64,000 nt of DNA from Mizuhopecten yessoensis (taxonomy: Eukaryota), in the NCBI RefSeq assembly GCF_002113885.1, contig NW_018404672.1, positions 248,259 to 312,258 on the forward strand. The letters run 5' to 3'. The translations under genes were made by a program, and so were the position numbers. This document shows, piece by piece, positions 60,801 to 64,000 of the stretch. Every line of letters starts with the position of its first letter. Within the stretch, counting starts at the first letter, position 1. The notes beneath the pieces are model-generated. The model had not been told where the DNA came from. It saw nothing but the letters and a program-made list of their open reading frames with translations, and ran no database searches.

Positions 60801-63435
60801 GAGCCACAGGTTATACAGAGCTGGTACAGAGGTACAGGCATATGATGTTCATGCCAGTAGCAGTTATAGTACATATGTATGTTAAAGAGACAGTTGACTG
60901 GAAAGCCCATTGGACCTCTTGTTTTTGAAACTTTATGTTTCTGTTATGCAGACAGCTTTTATTGCTGAGGTATCAGTGGATGTTTTCTGTATCTTAACAT
61001 TTCCTTGTCATGTTAACTCATTCACCCCTGAAGACACATTTGAACTCTTCCATTTCAAAGGTTGAAGTTGTTTATTATGAAATTTCAGGGGTGAATGAGT
61101 TAAATTACCGACATTGATATTGTATAAATTTGTTGTTTACAGATTTATGACCGATTTTGAGGGGTGGACAGAGCTGTGTGATTTATATCTGTCTCAACAG
61201 GACTATCAGAAGGCAGCGTTTTGTATAGAGGAACTGATAATGTCCAACCCCCACAATCACCTTTACCACCAAAAATATGCAGAGGTGAGTATACGTACCA
61301 CACAATTTTATATACCACCAAAAATATGCAGAGGTGGGTACCACACAATTATATTTACCACTAGAAATATGCAGATGTGGGTACCACACAATTATATATA
61401 CCACCAGAAATATGCAGATGTGGTTACCACTCAATTATATTTACCACCAGAAATATGCAGATATGGGTACCACACAATTATATTTACCACCAGAAATATG
61501 CAGATATTGGTACCACTCAATTATATTTACCACCAAAAATATGCAGAGGTGGGTACCACTCAATTATCTTTATCACCAGAAGTACAAAAAGGAGGGTATA
61601 AAACAATTATTACCAGAACTAGCAGATGTTGCGACATAGACATTGTATGTCACACCACACAATTATCTTTACAACAGAAATACGGAGATGAGGATATCAC
61701 ACAATTATCACCAGAAATATGCAGGAATCCAGTGCTCAAATCTGATCTTCAGAATCTTTGATGTTTTTAATGTGGATATTTTCACTGGATATTTTATTTT
61801 ATGCTGTGACTTTTATCACTGGACTGTCTTTGCTGCCTACGTTAATCTTCCTGTGTAGAACTTAATGTGTTCAAGTAAAATTTAAATAAATTTAAACATC
61901 TCATTGTTATTTTCAGATCTGCTACACCCAGGGCAACTTTGAACAAGCCCGGTCTTATTTTGCTCAGGCACTGAAACTCAACCCTAACAATATCCGTGCT
62001 CTATATGGATGTTTCCTGGTAAGAAGGATAACAACTTGTTTTCTGGTGTATTGATTTCTGAATCATGTATGCTGTGTAAATACATAATATTTTTCTCAAC
62101 TGTGTCCAGGAGTCATATTATGGCATGCTTCGTGTTAAGACATCATGGAAGTACGGACCAGGAACATGGGCACTACTTGTTCAAACAGTTTTCAAACCAC
62201 AGCCAATATTTTAGTATATTATGTTTGATTAGGTTTTAGTTTAGATCAAATCATCATCATCAAGATATAGGTTTTCTTGAATCTTTCCCTATAATGTAAT
62301 TTTTCATCCGATTTTCATTTAAAAATGTCCGTATATCAGCTTTAGTTCTGTGTTGTATTACAGTCATCGTGCAGTCTAGCCTCCACAAGTAAGAGCAAGG
62401 AGAAGCAAGCTAATGTAAAGTATGCGGCCTGGGCAGCTCAGCAACTCAAAGAGAAATATGTGGTAAGTACATAATGCCCCTCCAGTTAGTTACATGTTCT
62501 AACTCAGAGAGGAGTTTGTAGTTAGTTAACCGTAATGGTTCAGCACTATAAGGGTAAAGATTTACCATCTTCCTTAGGTAATAAAATAATTCAAGTTTTA
62601 AAATCTTAAGATGTGATATCCATTTTGGTTTTTGGCCGAGTTCACTTTTGAGAAAAATGAGAACATTTACGACATTCACTTATAAAACTGCATATACATG
62701 TGTGTTTCTTGTGGTCCACCTTCTAAAACATTTCCTTTCAAAGAAAATGTGAAATAAAAATAGGAATCGGTGTATTAGATATTAATGATTACAGAAGATG
62801 TTATGTCTGCTTTGATCTGGTCAGACTATATCTCGTCTGACATCTTGTGTTGTCGACCCTTCGTGGACTCCATCGCTGCATATATACCGGAACTTTTCGT
62901 GAATGATAACAAGGTCACATTTGCGTATCCCGTTAGAAATGGTTCAGATGGCGCAGAAATATACCTCGATAAATGAACGCCCTCAGATCCGAGTCTGTGA
63001 CAAATAAATAGCAATATATCAAGGTAAATAGGTTCTTTTTTCATGCATACATTAAACTTTATAACATTTCCTGAAAGTGCAGAAATAATGCATATTAGCG
63101 CCAGGCAGCATTTTATGTAGTCAGACACATCTGTACTCCTCGAGATGCACATACATGAACCAAGGGATTAGCCTCAGTTTAGATCTGAGCCTGTCACTTT
63201 CTGTTTAGGTTTAACTGGTTGAAACAGTTAGAATGCATGCATTTAAAATGTAAACAAAGGGAGATAATGAGTCACGAGGTTAATTTAACTTTCATATTTA
63301 AAAAAAATGTATTTCAGAATTTTTGATTTGTTGTTGTTACAGACAGTGCAGTCCGAAGATGGCACCAAACAAACCAGGATATTGGAAACAATTGACAGAC
63401 TTCTAGAATCTACCACAGAAAAAGCTAGTAATTGA
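54805..63435 (+). CDS. EMC2: ER membrane protein complex subunit 2 (TPR protein, TTC35); exons 54805-54829, 57372-57485, 57955-58019, 58584-58669, 59029-59086, 59706-59791, 61143-61284, 61917-62018, 62364-62462, 63343-63435 (289 aa)
   Basis: [86 protein letters not shown] and [21 protein letters not shown]. Junctions are GT-AG and in phase. The last exon is the least conserved. Confidence 0.93.
55207..56254. mobile_element. TIR element (TTAA/AGG-type, possibly Kolobok-like) carrying a nested MITE
   Basis: Right end TGATTCGATTTGGGTACTGTCACCTTA is the inverse of the left end of the 32397 copy. Confidence 0.6.
55267..55700. mobile_element. Nested MITE with ~115-bp TIRs and 5-bp TSD (CTTAT)
   Basis: CAGG..GAAAACCAC.AACTTGC.TATAATACG / inverse ending CCTG, with CTTAT on both sides. 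Absent from the 32397 copy. Confidence 0.85.
58667..58960. repeat. ~144-bp tandem duplication starting at the EMC2 exon-4 donor
   Basis: AAG|GTAAAATATTTT..GAGACCAGGTGTTAAAATT at 58667 and again at 58811. Confidence 0.9.
59749..60200. repeat. Degenerate ~63-bp repeat of the EMC2 exon-6 end plus donor
   Basis: AATTCCAGA..CATTG.TAAACTGAATGG..AT.TC..GA|GTAAGT, with GT at 59792, 59856 and 59919, then decaying copies. Confidence 0.8.
60500..60593. mobile_element. ~91-bp MITE, subfamily A (opposite orientation)
   Basis: TTAACCCTTTACCACTGTAGACC...TAGGGGTGAAAGGGTT. Confidence 0.8.
60592..60792. mobile_element. ~200-bp MITE abutting the right end of the 60500 MITE
   Basis: TIRs TAGGGCTGTTC / GAATAGCCCTA and subterminal IRs GGGAGGGGTGGGAGG / CCTCCCACCTCCCCC. 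Confidence 0.65.
61013..61103. mobile_element. ~91-bp TTAA-flanked MITE, subfamily B
   Basis: TTAACTCATTCACCCCTGAA...TTCAGGGGTGAATGAGTTAA. Confidence 0.85.
61262..61725. repeat. 43-bp repeat (~10 units) of the EMC2 exon-7 end plus donor
   Basis: TACCACCA(A/G)AAATATGCAGA(G/T)|GTGGGTACCACACAATTATATT versus the authentic TACCACCAAAAATATGCAGAG|GTGAGT. Confidence 0.92.
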
Positions 63436-64000
63436 TAAAGATTGCAAACCCCCTAGAACAAATATAATCAAGAAGCTTGTAGGAAATTTAAAAAAAAACC
63501 ATGAAAATCTCAATTTTATCACAAAATATGGACAGTATATACAGTATTTTATTTCAATGAAGAAGGGAATCTAGACAAGGCAATCTTACATACCACCATT
63601 TTGACTTGGGGCAATGTGGAACTAAACAGAAATACTATTTATATTGATTCTACGCACGGTGTTTTCATGGTAGTACTAGCTATTACTAGTGATAAATATG
63701 TGTTTAAGTTATGCACAACCGGGTTCCTTTTTCTAACTTACCTGCCTAGATTTAAATCATTTAACCAATGTGCTTCATACTGTTGAATTTTACACTTGAG
63801 CTGTGATTTCTGAAAAAAACACGAAATTGTTTGAATACCAATTTTGAAGAGAAAACCCCCTGTTCGGTCATAACTTACCTCAAGTTCTGTTTTATCAGAT
63901 TTTGTATTTTGTTAAATTTTTGTATTCTGTCTGTAGACCAGTTATTCTTTGATTTGGGGAAAAAAGGTCGTGTTCAATAAAAAAAAAACATCAAACAATA

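Overview
AT-rich, intron-rich animal genomic DNA. The repeat types suggest a bivalve mollusc, which is an inference. I reconstructed four multi-exon genes by hand from GT-AG junctions with continuous reading frames. They form two head-to-head pairs: HMGCL (-, 10 coding exons, 332 aa) with MTHFSD (+, 6 coding exons, 533 aa), and DNALI1 (-, 6 exons, 257 aa) with EMC2 (+, 10 exons, 289 aa). Introns and intergenic DNA carry minisatellites, two copies of a Helentron-type (HINE-like) element with 146-bp internal repeats, and nine ~91-bp TTAA-flanked MITEs. They also carry hAT-type elements, SINE remnants, a decayed Penelope-like RT and three minimal hammerhead-ribozyme-like motifs. The most striking pattern is that many intronic tandem repeats are amplified copies of an exon/intron junction of their own gene. 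At least 7 junctions in 3 genes show this, building arrays of decoy or alternative splice sites. One array (EMC2 exon 7) offers an in-frame, stop-free alternative donor. The long ORFs at 1-2.1 kb and 6.3-9.4 kb are mostly repeat artefacts, although the second array may be a decayed mucin-like domain. All coordinates were counted by eye; no database searches were run.
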